Positions 17,096 to 29,829 of a stretch of 64,000 bases of DNA are shown here, in pieces (position 1 is the stretch's first letter; every line of letters starts with the position of its first letter). Position numbers and translations under genes: made by a program. The notes below the pieces were generated by a model. The model searched no databases and was not told where the DNA came from. It worked only from the letters and a program-made list of their open reading frames with translations. Origin of the DNA: Anolis carolinensis (taxonomy: Eukaryota); contig NW_026943826.1 in the NCBI RefSeq assembly GCF_035594765.1, positions 13,495,325 to 13,559,324 on the forward strand. The letters run 5' to 3'.

Positions 17096-20000
17096 TAGCT
17101 GTGCCCGGCCACGCGTTGCTGTGGCAAAGTGGTGGTGGTATTGGTTAAAAATTGTTGTGTAATTTTTATTTGACTTTATTTGCATTTTTTAATTAATTTT
17201 ATTGTAAGTTATCTTTTTATTTATTATATTTTATTATTTTCTTGTATTATTTTTAGTTATTTTCTGTTATTATAGTATTTAATTGTATTAATTTTTAGTG
17301 GTTTTTTTTTATTGGGTTGCTAGGAGACCAAGTTGGAGGAGCTTAGCCTTCCAACTGGCAGCAATTGGATAAAAGCAATTATTCCTCTCTCTCTAATTAG
17401 GACTTTATTTTTCTTTTCTTTTTGTTGTATCAACCTAGAGGCGTGGATGATGGGTTGTGTTGTCAAATTTCGAGGTTGGGGGACCTGTAGTTTTGTTGTT
17501 TTGTGGGTTGCCGTGATGCCATCACTCTTTTATATATATATATATAGATATATATTAATGCAATTCTTAGATGTCACCACAAGAGGGCGGCATAGAGGTA
17601 GAAAGAATCAGCTCTATCTATATATATAAAAGGGGAATGAAATTTCGGCGTAGGGCAAAACAACAAAACTACACATCCCAGAAACACTAAACTTGGCAGC
17701 ACAACCCCTCATCCATGCCTCTACGTTCATGCAACAAAAAGCTCCAGCTACTCCAGAAAATGGCCAGGCTCTGAGACTGCAAGGCTATTCACTGCTATTC
17801 CACCTGGCCAACAAAGGATTCCCATAAGCCACAGCAACGCGTGGCTGGGCAAAGCTAGTAGGTATATATATGGACACAATTCTCAGATGCGGCCACAGGA
17901 GGGCAGCATAGAGATAGAAAGAATCAGATTCTAGTTATATAGATGAATGCAATGCTCAGATGTAACCACAAGGGGGCAGCATAGAAATGATTAGTTTCTA
18001 GGTTTGTATGCATGCAATGCTCAGGTGCGGCCACAAGAGGGCGGTATATGTGAAAATTGCGTATTTCGCAGGCCGTGAAGGAGCTCCAGACGTCAACGAG
18101 AGAGGCCATCGTCCTCCTGAAGGCCATGATCGAGGAGGTGCGCAACAGCGCGGACGAGGAAGAGAGCGCCATCAACTCCCTCTTCAGCAGCATGCAGGTG
18201 GGTGGGCGGGCTTCTCCCATGCTTTCCTTACATCGTTGTTGTTGTTGTTTTCCATGATTGTTTCCTTCCTTTCCCTTCTTCCTCCAGGAGAAGTTGGCCG
18301 AGAGGAAGAAAATGCTGTTGAAGGTGGTCCAGAGGTAGGAGATATATATGTGTTGATTAGGGGAGGGACTCCCAAAGGGCATCTAGACGGTCTCATAAGA
18401 CTCTAGGTAAGGAACGATATCTATAAAAACCATCTAGACGATCTCCTAAGACCATAGCAAAGGAAGGAGACCTCCAAAGAACGTCTAGATGGTCTCCTAA
18501 GACCATAGATAAGGAAAGAGACCCCCAAAGGGCATCTAGACGTTCTCCTAAGACCATAGATAAGGAAAGGGACCCCCAAAGGGCATCTAGATGTTCTCCT
18601 AAGACCATAGATAAGGAAAGAGACCCCCAAAGGGCATCTAGATGTTCTCCTAAGACCATAGGAAAGGAAGGAGACCTCCAAAGAACGTCTAGATGGTCTC
18701 CTAAGACCATAGGTAAGGAAAGAGACCTCCAAAGACCATCTAGACGGTCTCCTAAGGCCATAGATAAGGAAAGAGACCTCCAAAGACCATCTAGACGTTC
18801 TCCTAAGACCATAGATAAGGAAAGAGACCTCCAAAGACCATCTAGATGTTCTCCTAAGACCATAGATAAGGAGCCCTCCAAAGAACGTCTAGATGGTCTC
18901 CTAAGACCATAGATAAGGAAAGATACCTCCAAAGGGCATCTAGACGGTCTCCTAAGACCATAGATAAGGAAAGGGACCTCCAAAGACCATCTAGACGGTC
19001 TCCTAAGACCATAGATAAGGAAAGGGACCCCCAAAGGGCATCTAGACGTTCTCCTAAGACCATAGATAAGGAAAGAGACCTCCAAAGACCATCTAGACGT
19101 TCTCCTAAGACCATAGATAAGGAAAGGGACCCCCAAAGGGCATCTAGACGGTCTCATGGGACCATAAATGAGGAAAGAGACCTCCAAAGGGCATCTAGAT
19201 GATCTCCTAATATTATAGATAAGGGAAGGGACCCCCAAAGGGCATCTAGACGGTCTCATGGGACCATAAATGAGGAAAGAGACCCTCAAAGGGCATCTAG
19301 ATGGTCTCCTAATATTATAGATAAGGGAAGGGAACCCCAAAGGGCATCTAGACAGTCTCACAAGACCATAGATAGGGACCTGGACCTATTATTATTATAC
19401 ATATATAATATAAATATATTATATTTCTCTTTTGTGTTGGCAGTCAATATGAAGAGAAGGAGAAGGCCTTCAAGGAGCAGCTGGCCCACTTGGCCTCTCT
19501 GCTGCCCACTTTGCAGGTATACACGACTGCATGCTTGCCTATATATATAATATACCATACGGTCTATATGGTTTTCAGAAATACAAAATCTATGGGACTT
19601 CCTTCTTTCTCGTTCTTTCTTTCCAAGGTCCACCTGGTCACCTGCTCTGCTTTCCTCAGCCTGGCCAACAAGGCTGAATTCCTGGACCTGGGCTACGTAC
19701 GTTGGGCGTTTCTTAATTAATAATAGTAATAATAACACTAATAATAATTTATTATGAAATTTATTAATGTCAGTTTCATGTTTCTATCTATGATGATGAT
19801 GATGATGATGATAACCACTTTGTTTCCCTAGCAATTGATGGAGAGATTGCAGAAGATCGTCAAACTGCCCCACCGGTTGCGCCCGTCGCAGACCAGCAAG
19901 GTGAATAACCACGTTTTTGTACTTGGGTTGTGTTATCTTAGTGTTTAATTATAACCCTGCCTTCGTATTTCTGCTTCAATTCTCTTCAGTAACTATTCCG

Positions 20001-23000
20001 AGCCTTTGCTAGTTTTTGACCTTAGTACGGTGTCGTTTGCGTAGCTTAAATTACATTATATAATATATTATTATAATTATATGCGATTATATTATATTAT
20101 TATATTTATTATAGTATATTTTTATAATTATATACTATAAGAGTGTACTATCATTCAATTATATGTATTATTATATTATATTATATTTATTATATTAATT
20201 GTATTATATAATTATATGTATGTACTATAATATTATTTTATTAATTATATGTATCATTATATTATATTTATTATTATATTACATTATAATTTTATTATAT
20301 TACAGTAGAGTCTCACTTATCCAACATAAACGGGCCGGCAGAATGTTGGATAAGCGAATATGTTGGATAATAAGGAGAGATTAAGAAAAAGCCTATTAAA
20401 CATCAAAATAGGTTACGATTTGACAAATTAAGCACCAAAACATCATGTTATACAACAAATTTGACAGAAAAAGTAGTTCATTAGACATTAATGCTATGTA
20501 GTAATTACTGTTTTTACGAATTTAGCACCAAAATATCACGATATATTGAAAACATTGACTACAAAAATGCGTTGGATAATCCAGAACGTTGGATAAGCGA
20601 GTGTTGGATAAGTGAGACTCTACTGTATATACTATAAGAGTGTACTATTATTTAATTATATGTATTAATATATTATTATATTATATTTATTATTATATTA
20701 ATTGTATTATATAATTATATGTATATACTATAATATTATTTTATTAATTATATGTATCATTATATTATATTATTATATTACATTATAATTGTATTATATT
20801 ATTACAATTGCCGATGCTCAATCGTTGAGTTGTCTCCGACTCTTCGTGACCTCAATTATACACTATTATATTTCAATTTTTTCAGTTTTGGTTCCATTGT
20901 GTTGTACGTGTTGTTATTGATAGATCAACACGGAATACCGGGCGGAGTTTTCCCGCTGTTTGGAGCCGCTCCTTCTCCTGGCACCGAGGCTCTCGGTCGG
21001 GGTCAATAGTGGATCCGGAATGGGCAGCAGCAACATGTAAGCCCATTGGAAGGGCATCCAGTCCACCCCCTGGGATATTTTTGCTCCCGAAGACTGTATG
21101 TGAATGATATCTTTGCTTGCAGGATGTCGGGGGGTCCTTGCTCCAAGACCCTCCTGGTTCCTGGCTGTGGCGCCTCCTCTGCTTGCGGGAGCGTGATGTC
21201 CTTGGTGCGGAAGCCCACCTTGCACCGCTACATCAGCACCAAGGTCCTTCTCGCCGAAGGGGCCGAGACCGCCTTCGCCCGGCATTGCCGCAGCTACGAG
21301 GACCGATACCGGGTAAGGGAGGAAGGTGGGAATTTGTACATGCAGGCATATATATTAGGCTTGTGCATGTTTTTCGTTAGTCCTTGTAAGTCGTGTCAAA
21401 TTCCTTCTTTCCTTCCTTCTTCTCTGTGTTGTGCGTGCCATGTGATATCTGTCAGCGTGGAGTCTCAGAGTGAGCGCTGGGTGGGTTTCTTCAAGCTCCA
21501 TCAATCATCTGCACACCAGCACCCTGACGAATTGGTGAATCGACCGCCTCACCAATTCTTCTCCAATGTTAGACTCCTAAGACATGTGTAGTCTGAAGTC
21601 CAAACTTTTATTTCAATACCTACATATTTACAAAGCACAGCAAAAGCCATTCTCTTTACAGCCTCTTCACTCGGCAAGCACAGTTCAACTCACTCAGAGA
21701 TAAGAACATTCCTCAGTCCGAAGGAAGTTCCCGACCTCCTGATAGGTCTGATAGGTCATAGCAATCACAACAGGCTGTCAGTCAAAACTAGCCTGCTGTT
21801 AACGGTTTCATTACTGAAACACACACTCTTGCCTAACAGCAGAAAAACACTTGATTTACATTTCATACACATACAACCATAATCCAACAATATCTCCTCC
21901 TCCTTTCCTTTCCCTCATTCCTTCGTTCCTTCTGTGTGTTGTGTGTGCCATGTGGTATCTCCTCCTCCTCTCCTCCTTTCCCTCCTTCCTTCCTTCCTTC
22001 TGTCCTTCCCTCCATCTCTGTGTTGTGTGTGCCATGTGTTGAGAACACAGAAATGCCAAACCATTCTGACAACCATCATGTCAGACAACGCTAGTGATTT
22101 TATGCCCATCAACACTCTTTTAGGCCAGTAGGTGTTCTTGAAAGTAGTGCAGTGTCATCTGCATAGAGGAAGGTCTTCCTGCACGTTTTGCGAGGTGGAA
22201 GTCCACGTTGAGAAGGCGATCCACCGGGTCCAGGATGGGAGCCTCTCCATTTGGGGATCTTACACCCTTGGGGTGGATGTCTCGCCCCACAGGCGCTGCA
22301 GGCGGAGGTCCAGGGCCTGAAGGACCAGGTGCAAGAGCTGCACCGCGACCTCACCAAGCACCACTCTCTCGTCCGCACCGAGCAGGTGGCCCACATCCTC
22401 CAACGCTCCCTCCAGGCCGACGTCCACATCGCCTCCCAGTACTCCGCCGTGGAGATGATGCGCAGCCTCTTCGAGGAGGTAAGGAGGGAGGGGGCGCCTA
22501 GAGGGCATCCAGACCACTCCTCCCAGGCACAGTCGGGATGGCCATTAAGAACGAGAGATGACTCGGTCCTTTGCCTTGCAGACCTGGGAGGAGACCTACC
22601 AGCGAGTGGCCAATGAGCAAGAAATCTACGAAGGTCAGCAGAGAAGTCCTAGCATTCCGTTCCTTCCTTCCCTTCCTCTTCACTCTCTTTCCTTCCTTCC
22701 TTTCCTTTCTGGGGCCGGGCTGTGGCGCAGCTGGCTAGTAACCAGCTGCTATAAATCACTACTGTCCGAGAGGTCATGAGTTCGAAGCCCGGGTCGGGTT
22801 AAGCCTTCGACCATTCATAGCCCCGGCTTGCTGTTGACCTATGCAGCCCCGAAAGACAGTTGCACCTGTCAATTAGGGAAATTTAGGGACGCTTTATGCA
22901 GGAGGCTAATTTACAAGACCATAAAACTGCCAGCAAAACACGAGGAAAGGAATGAGGAAGTACAGCCACTTCTGGACGGTGAAGCAACAGCTCCCCCTGT

Positions 23001-24782
23001 GGCCGGAATCGTGAAGCTGGAAAAATGTTAAAAATGCCTCTGAGTCTGTCTAATGTATGTTGTTTGTCTGTTGGCATTGAATGTTTGCCATATATGTGTT
23101 CATTGTAATCCGCCCTGAGTCCCCTTCGGGGTGAGAAAGAAGGGCGGAATAGAAATACTGTAAATAATAAATAAAATAAATTTCTTCTGCCCCACCTTCC
23201 TCCCTTATTTCCTTCTTCCCTCATTTCCTTTCTCCTTCTCCTCTTTCTTTCACTCTCCTCGGGCAGCCCAGCTCCATGACCTGCTGCAGCTCAAGCAGGA
23301 GAACGGCTCCTTGACCACCATCACCAAGCAGATCGCCCCTTACGTCCGCTCCATCGCCAAGGTCAAGGAGCGCCTGGAGCCCAGGTCAGGAACGGGGTTG
23401 GACTGGATGGCCTTGGGGGTCCCTTCCGACTGCCTTGGAGTCTGGTGGAGGCCTTGCCGTGGAGTCTGGACGGCCACCAGTGGGGAGGTCTTGGGTGGGA
23501 TTGGGAAGAGACCCCCAACCAATCTTCCTTTCCATTCAGGCTGCAGGAAGCCAAGGAGAAAGAGGAGACCCCCGAAATCCTCCTCAAATCCTCCATTGAA
23601 GGGGCTGCAGAGACCCCACTGAGGTATGGTTCACTTCATATATATACTAGCTGTGCCCGGCCACGCGTTGCTGTGGCAAAGTGGTGGTGGTATTGGTTAA
23701 AAAGTGTTGTGTCATTTTTATTTGACGTTATTTGTATTTTTTAAATTAATTTTATTGTAAGTTATCTTTTTATTTATTATATTTTATTATTTTCTTGTAT
23801 AATTTTTAGTTATTTTTTGTTATTATGGTATTTTATTGTATTAATTTTTTAGTGTTTTTTATTATTTTTTAGTGTTTTTTATTATTTTTTATTGGGTTGC
23901 TAGGAGACCAAGTTGGAGGAGCTTAGCCCAATAACTGGCAGCAATTGGATAAAAGCAATTATTCCTCTCTCTCTAATTAGGACTTTATTTTTCTTTTCTT
24001 TTTGTTGTATCAACCTAGAGGCGTGGATGATGGGTTGTGTCGTCAAATTTCGAGGTTGGGGGGCCTGTAGTTTTGTTGTTTTGTGCATCGCCGTGATGCC
24101 ATCACTCTTTATATATATAATAAAGTTTTGCAGTGATACATAGACATAACCTAAGGGGAAGAAGTGAGGGGGGGATATGGATATTTAAGGTGGGGGGGGG
24201 AGGGAGAGAGGGGTAAGAAAGAGAAAAGAAAGAAAAAGAAAAAGGAGTAAATATAATGTAGATTTTTTAATCAAAAAAGTCAGTCTGTCCATATTTTCAA
24301 TGTCCATTAGCTTCTCTAACCACAATTCTTTAGTAGGGCTTTCCCTCCCTTTCCAATTTCTCGCTAATACTCTTCTGGCTGCAGTTACAACATAAGTAAA
24401 GATTTGCTTCTTATTATCTTTTTCTTTCTGTGAAATCGTATCTCTCCCTTCTTAAAAGTTATATAATGCTAATAAATAATATTCTGGTTTACAATCATTT
24501 TTTTTTAAAAAAATATTTGCATTCCATATGGATTGTTCTCCAATACTTTTTGATTACTTTACTTCTCACTTTTGATTGAGTTTTAGTATTTTAATGCTGG
24601 GGAAATAAGAACCGGAGAGAGAGGGAAGAGAAGAAAGGGAGAAAGAAAGGGGGAAGGAAACAACGAGAAAAGGATGAGAAGAAATACTTATCCGCTTCCC
24701 TCTCTTCTCTCTTCTCAAAAGGGACGATGCCAACAAAGAGGCCAAAGAAGGCAAAGAGGAAGCGGAGTCGCTCCCGAGCTGA
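14094..24782 (+). CDS. RNF207: RING finger protein 207 (RING-B-box-coiled coil), ~604 aa, 17 coding exons
   Basis: Exons 14094-14287, 15948-16077, 16518-16662, 16791-16872, 16969-17044, 18072-18197, 18288-18334, 19444-19516, 19628-19696, 19832-19900, 20924-21036, 21123-21312, 22293-22478, 22582-22633, 23267-23384, 23540-23623, 24722-24782 (last exon tentative); phases join without frameshift. C3HC4 RING (CFLC..CLLDCYHHFCASC..CPLC), B-box (CNTCNQPLCAKCREETHRARMFARH), KPTLHRYISTKVLLAEG and WEETYQRVANEQEIYE match RNF207. Confidence 0.95.
14570..15400. repeat. (TATCTGCAAATATTAT)n / (ATT)n minisatellite
   Basis: Dozens of ATCTGCAAATA units with variable ATT spacers in the first RNF207 coding intron. 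Confidence 0.9.
15825..15910 (+). mobile_element. R4/Dong-like non-LTR retrotransposon 3' end in a (TAA)n tract
   Basis: CACTTGGGAAGTGTTCGACTTGTGATTTTGTGATACGAAATCCAGCATATCTATCTTGTTTGCTGTGTCATAATAAAATAATAA, flanked by TAA repeats; same sequence in reverse at 45864-46240. Confidence 0.55.
17095..17548 (-). mobile_element. Nonautonomous Helitron-like element
   Basis: Reverse-strand TC...hairpin-CTAG termini matching the 6957 copy. Confidence 0.8.
17559..18046 (+). promoter_or_regulatory. Four tandem CTCF sites, most with upstream TGCAAT motif, in an RNF207 intron
   Basis: Cores CCACAAGAGGGCGG (17577), CCACAGGAGGGCAG (17893), CCACAAGGGGGCAG (17966), CCACAAGAGGGCGG (18031), each preceded by (TG)CAATKCTYAGRTG. 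Confidence 0.65.
17617..17858 (+). mobile_element. Short nonautonomous Helitron-like element
   Basis: TCTATATATATAAAA ... GCCACAGCAACGCGTGGC..CTAG|T; near-identical to the copy at 36078-36318. Confidence 0.8.
18365..19375. repeat. ~50-bp minisatellite in RNF207 intron
   Basis: Unit GACCTCCAAAGRNCATCTAGAYGKTCTCCTAAGACCATAGATAAGGAAAG, about 20 copies. Confidence 0.95.
20303..20625. mobile_element. Tc1/mariner-type MITE (same family as 7798-8120)
   Basis: Same TIRs, TA target duplication. Confidence 0.9.
22090..22230 (-). mobile_element. Degenerate LINE reverse-transcriptase fragment
   Basis: Minus-strand translation ...FLYADDTALLSRTPTGLKEC* contains the RT YADD motif in LINE-like context; the upstream NVDFHLAK is in another frame. 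Confidence 0.55.
22711..23180 (+). mobile_element. tRNA-derived SINE (Anolis/Sauria-type)
   Basis: A-box-like TGTGGCGCAGCTGG, B-box GAGTTCGAAGCC, LINE-like tail TGTAATCCGCCCTGAGTCCCC...AATAAATAAA; related copies at 25023 and 39700. Confidence 0.8.
23647..24118 (-). mobile_element. Nonautonomous Helitron-like element
   Basis: CTAG-hairpin end at 23647; internal sequence nearly identical to 17095-17548. Confidence 0.8.
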
Positions 24783-25022
24783 AGACAGTTTTTCAATGAA
24801 TACTCCATCAAGTCTCAACCGATTCAGGAACAGATATTTCTTTTCAAATTTTGATATAGTGTAATAATAATATAATATACATATACGGAGGTGTTCTCTC
24901 TCCCAAGCGTGGGACTTCCAACATTATTTCTTGTACGATTGGGAAGAATAAGCACAGTAAAGCGATATGTGAATAATACAAATCGTACTTGAAAAAAAAT
25001 TAATGATTTTTTAATGATTTTT

Positions 25023-25290
25023 TGGGCCGGGCTGTGGCGCAGCTGGTTAGTAGCCAGCAGCAATAAATCACTGCTGACAGAGAGGTTGTTGGTTCGAAGC
25101 CCGGGTTGGGGTTGAGCTCTTGACCATTAATAGCCTAGCTTGCTGCCCACCTAAACAGCTCAAAAACAGCTGTGTCTATAAGTGGATTATTCTAGGTACC
25201 GCTTAATGTGTGGAGGCCAATTTAACTTCATTTATGATGCCATAAAAAACTTCTGGCGGCGTGCGAAGAACATGAGGAAGTACAATTCAC
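25023..25290 (+). mobile_element. 3'-truncated tRNA-derived SINE
   Basis: Same head GGGCCGGGCTGTGGCGCAGCTGG...GGTTCGAAGCCCGGG as the 22711 copy. Confidence 0.7.
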
Positions 25291-26004
25291 CGGCACGAGT
25301 GGGCGAATAACGAAATGAAACAATAACGAAATTTTCGGAATTTTGTATTATCGAACGCGTTGCTTACGAATTTTGTAAAACACTTTAGAAACAAAAATGG
25401 GGTGTTGCCCGGTTTGTGTAAATGCAACCGAAGCAGATTTGGGGTGTTTTGCACACCTCTACTATTCAGTGATTGTATTGGTACATCTTTGATCGAAATT
25501 TTGCACGCTTCTACTACTCAGTGATCGATGTGTCGAAATCTTCAATCGAAATTGTGTCGATGGGATAACGGCACAAAATGGTGCGGACACAACCCGGATA
25601 TCAGAAATCGTGTCGATGGGATAACAACACAAAATGATGTGGACACAACCCGGATATCAGAAAAGGCTCCAAGGCTTGGATGGGGTGTAAACGGTGGTTT
25701 CCAAAAATCCAAAAACGGCTTAGCGGGCGTCAGAAGAAACTACTAATTACTACAAAAACCGGTAGGAAAAGAAACTGTGAGGTTGAAATACCATAATAAT
25801 AATAATTATGCTGCTCGCATATAATTAAGCTAATCCCGGTCTCTCTCGCCCACGTTGCTGCAATAACTGTCTGCTTTGGTCTACGTCTACCTGACAACTG
25901 AATATCGACATCTACACGATGACAGAGAATGAAAAGATTTTTTACGGAGCTTTGGTTACCGATACCGCGGCAATGGTATTGCTCGAAAGGCACTTGTTCT
26001 GTCT

Positions 26005-26834
26005 CTATAAATCTTCCAAGAACTGTATTAAGTGATTCAAAGTACTGCGCGAGATTTGCAAATCAAACGGGCCGTAGTCAACAAAGAACGCGATGCCGTG
26101 GAATCCGTCCTTCACATGACACCACGTGACCGGCACGCCGTTGTCCTCGAGCCGTTTCTTGTACAGCAGCCCGTCGTCTCGGACGACGTCGTATTCGCAG
26201 GTCAATAGGAACGCCTCCGGGAGCTGCCGGAGAGTCTCGTCTTCGGCTAAAAGCGGGGAAAACATGGGGTCGAGGCCCTTCGTGCAGAACGGGGGGAGAG
26301 CCTCACAAAACGGAGAAGGCTCCGCCGGGACGTAGCCCCGGGCCTTGAATTCGTCCGGGATGTGGTCCGCGCTGATCCATTTCTGGTACTTTGCCTGCAA
26401 ATCCCGGGTCATGTGAGCGTTCTTCATGAGATAGCCCACGTGCTCGCTCGTCCCCATCAGGTACATTAAGCCGAGCTTCACCGCCCTTTTCTTGAACAAC
26501 GGCGGGATGGAGCAGTTTTGCTGGTAAGAAGGCAAGTTGAAGTCCACAGCTTGGAGGAACGGGTAGAGCAGGGCCTGCGCTCGGATCCGCGGGAGGTCTT
26601 TCCTCGCCGTCAGACGCTGGCAGACTGCCGTGGCGAACGTCCCTCCGCTGCTGTCCCCTCCGACGGTGACGTGGTCGGGATCGACTCCGTAATCCGCCGC
26701 ATGCTTCAAGAAGTGGATCACGGCCGTGCAGCAGTCGAGCAACGGGACCGGATAGAGATGCTCAGGAGCCAAACGATACCTAGAACCAAAGTGAGAACAC
26801 GAACTGAAACCAGAAGCTACTTTACAATATCTGC

Positions 26835-26882
<48 letters not shown>

Positions 26883-29490
26883 TTTATTTATATCCCGCCT
26901 CCATCTCCCCCGAAGGGGACTCGGGGCGGCTCACAGCAAAATCAGATACAAAACAATGATAAAATAAAATATGAAACATCAAAGAACAATAATAAAAACC
27001 AATAATAATATATACACAGCAGCTGAAAAAACGCAACGCGGTACTAAAACATTGAATTAAAAACAATGAGGTTGCAATCGATTTATAGATGGAATTATGA
27101 ACCAAGAGGGGGAATGTGTCATAAATATCATGTGCGAGTTGAATGAAATTGTACAAAATGGACACAACCGGCAGTGATCTCTAATTGGACGAGAATGGAC
27201 ACAACCAGCAGCGACTACAATTCCCAGAACCCTCTTCTAGGAGCCTGTGGCGTTGTGGTTGGCAAAAAAATCTGAAAGATCCAAAACCCGTGTTGATAAA
27301 TGGATCAGTGCACAACCCTATTATCTACTCAGGAAATAAAATGCTGGGCCGTAGAGTTGATTGATTCAATTCGGTTTCCAAAAACAGCGAAGGTAGACAT
27401 AACGCCACTTACCCAACGCTCACCACCACGAACCCGCTTTCTCGGGCGATGTAGCGACACACTCTTTCATACGCCGCTAAAATATAAAGAAAACAGCCAG
27501 ATTACTTCCTAAACTCCTAAACCCACAAACGCTTGAATCCCAGGGTATTTCCAGAGGAATGGGTTGCTGACGTCAAGGAAAGCATTACAGCTTTCGGGAA
27601 TTTTCTGTGAAGGGAAGGTTTGCTGAAACAAGCCACGGCTGGAAATCTCTGGATAAAAAGGGGCCTGGAAGAGCTAACTCTTTGTCAGTAGATAAAGTGG
27701 TAATTTGGTCTTCCTGTCCTCGATCTTGGCTGTATTACTCCCGACCTTGTTTCTGTAATCCTGTTGTCCATGCTGCTGTTCCTGTCACCTTATTGTTGTA
27801 TTCTGAAACCTAGCATCTGGATTTTGGACTAACTTAATGGACTTGAGCTTCATTTTTTACCCCTGATGATTAGGCTCAACTTTGGAAAATTGGCTCCGGT
27901 TTGTATTCCTGAATTTTTTTCTCCTGAACTGGCTTACATAGTAGTCGGTTTGTCTACGTTAATTGGACTCTTGATTTGTTTTACCCTGGCTGTGTAAAGT
28001 GGATTTCACACCTCTATAAACTATATAGACTACATAGTGTCTGATATCGTGTTGTAAGTACGAATCTGACGAATTTGATCCGACGTACGAAAAAATGCAC
28101 AGCTCTAATAGATAAGACAGAGTCGGAATAGGATCTCAAGCTCTTCTAGAGCGAGATTGTTGGACATGCCAAAGACTTACAGATACTTCCCAGCAGGCCG
28201 ACTCCTCCAGGGATGTAGACGATGGCCCTGCTCTTCTCTGACGGTCGGGATTTGGACTGATACATCCGCACCGGCACCCCATCGAACCGCAAGTCCTTAA
28301 TGACCAGCCCCGAATCTCCCAACGGCGGGATGCCGTTCATTACTAGTCGCCAGATTTTGTAACGGCTACAGATGCCGAGTTTCTCGATCCCTAAGGCCTG
28401 TTCAGAGAAACAGAGAAACGGTGAGTGGTAAAGTAGTGTCTTCGTCTGCGAGGAGCGTCCTTCAACCCAAAAGGCATGTCATCCACTCGCAACACTACGC
28501 AACACAGTCTGGAAAAGCGTTCTGTTCTTGGTTTGAAAGTACTATTCCTGCTTAATGGTGGAAAGTAGTTGTAATAATGAGAGTTGTAATCTCACTCCAT
28601 TCAGTGACATAACCACCACAGTAAACTATAAATCCCAGGATAATGGGAGTTGCAGCCGCACTCCATTCAGTGACATAACCACCACGGCAAACTATAAATC
28701 CCATGATTATGGGAGTTGTAGTCCCACTCCATACAGTGACATAACTACGATGGCAAACTATAAATCCCAGGATAATGGGAGTTGAAGTCCCACTCCATAC
28801 AGCGACATAACCACCACGGCAAACTATAAATCCCAGGATTATGGGAGTTGTAGACCCACTCCATACAGTGACATAACCACCACAGCAAACTACATATCCG
28901 AGGATAATGGGAGTTGTAGCCCACTCCATACAGTGACATAACCAGGATGGCAAACTATAAATCCCAGGATAATGGGAGTTATAGTCCTACTCCATACAGT
29001 GACATAACCATCACAGGAAACTACATATCCCAGGATAATGGGAGTTGTAGTCCTACTCCATACAGTAACATAACTACCATGGCAAACTATAAATCGCAGG
29101 ATTATGGGAGTTGTAGCCCCACTTCATTCAGTGACATAACCACCACGGCAAACTACAAATCCCAGGATAATGGGAATTGTAGTTCTTGTATACGAAAATA
29201 TACGATGCCATACGAATCCTGGGATTTGTCAGCTGCGCAATTGATTATTATGATTGTATTGATGGGTGATTGATTAGCGTGACCCTCAAGGGACCGGGTG
29301 GAAGGAGACTCACCAGCGCCAGCAGGACGTTCATCAGGAGGGTCATCCATCGGACTCTGTTGCGCTGTTTGATGCCCGGGGGGAGGTGAGTCCTGGTCAG
29401 GTTGTAGTACACGGCCCGCGCAAACAACCCGCAGAGAGCCCAGGCCCCCAGGGACCGAGCCAGTGCCCACAGACTCCAGGCCAGCTCCAT
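26005..29490 (-). CDS. Arylacetamide deacetylase-like 3/4 family esterase, paralog A (410 aa)
   Basis: Exons 29490-29314, 28397-28181, 27476-27413, 26779-26005 (177+217+64+775 nt), GT-AG and in frame. N-terminal hydrophobic anchor, YRLAPEH, nucleophile GDSSG, DFNLPSYQQN, EYDVVRDDG (Asp), DGFHG (His). Confidence 0.92.
28560..29185. repeat. ~66-bp minisatellite with inverted ACTAYAnnTCCCA / TGGGAGTTGTAG pairs
   Basis: Unit CAAACTATAAATCCCAGGATAATGGGAGTTGTAGTCCCACTCCATACAGTGACATAACCACCACGG, about 10 copies in esterase A intron 1. Confidence 0.9.
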
Positions 29491-29829
29491 CCCGTTGGAG
29501 GCAAGAGGACCAAGGAAGCTCTCCAGATGCCGGGAGATGTCCTTCAGCTTTGGTTGGGTTTCCCAAAGTTTTGAAGAGACACCCTGTGCGACGCCCACGG
29601 GAGAAGGCACTAATTACCCGACGAGCAGCTCAGTGAGTTCGTGAGTGAGGAGTTTGTGATTTGTGTCCTAATGACAACATTCTGGACCGCAGTCCCGCTC
29701 AGGGACTTTTCCACCCATTGCCCTTATCTCTTGGGTTACATCACGACTGCTCGTGGTGGTTGCACCATCCCCAAAAGGTAGGAAGAAGGCCACGATAATA
29801 CAACACCACGCAACACGATGCGTGCTCCC

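Noticed and set aside
18393-19361. 322-aa antisense ORF
   Set aside because: Product of the ~50-bp minisatellite in an RNF207 intron.
22711-22800. tRNA gene
   Set aside because: A/B boxes belong to a SINE head that continues into body and tail; there is no cloverleaf.
24587-24608. Alternative RNF207 last-exon acceptor (ttttag|TATT)
   Set aside because: Gives a stop after six codons; the 24722 acceptor has a stronger pyrimidine tract and a more coding-like sequence, though it remains tentative.
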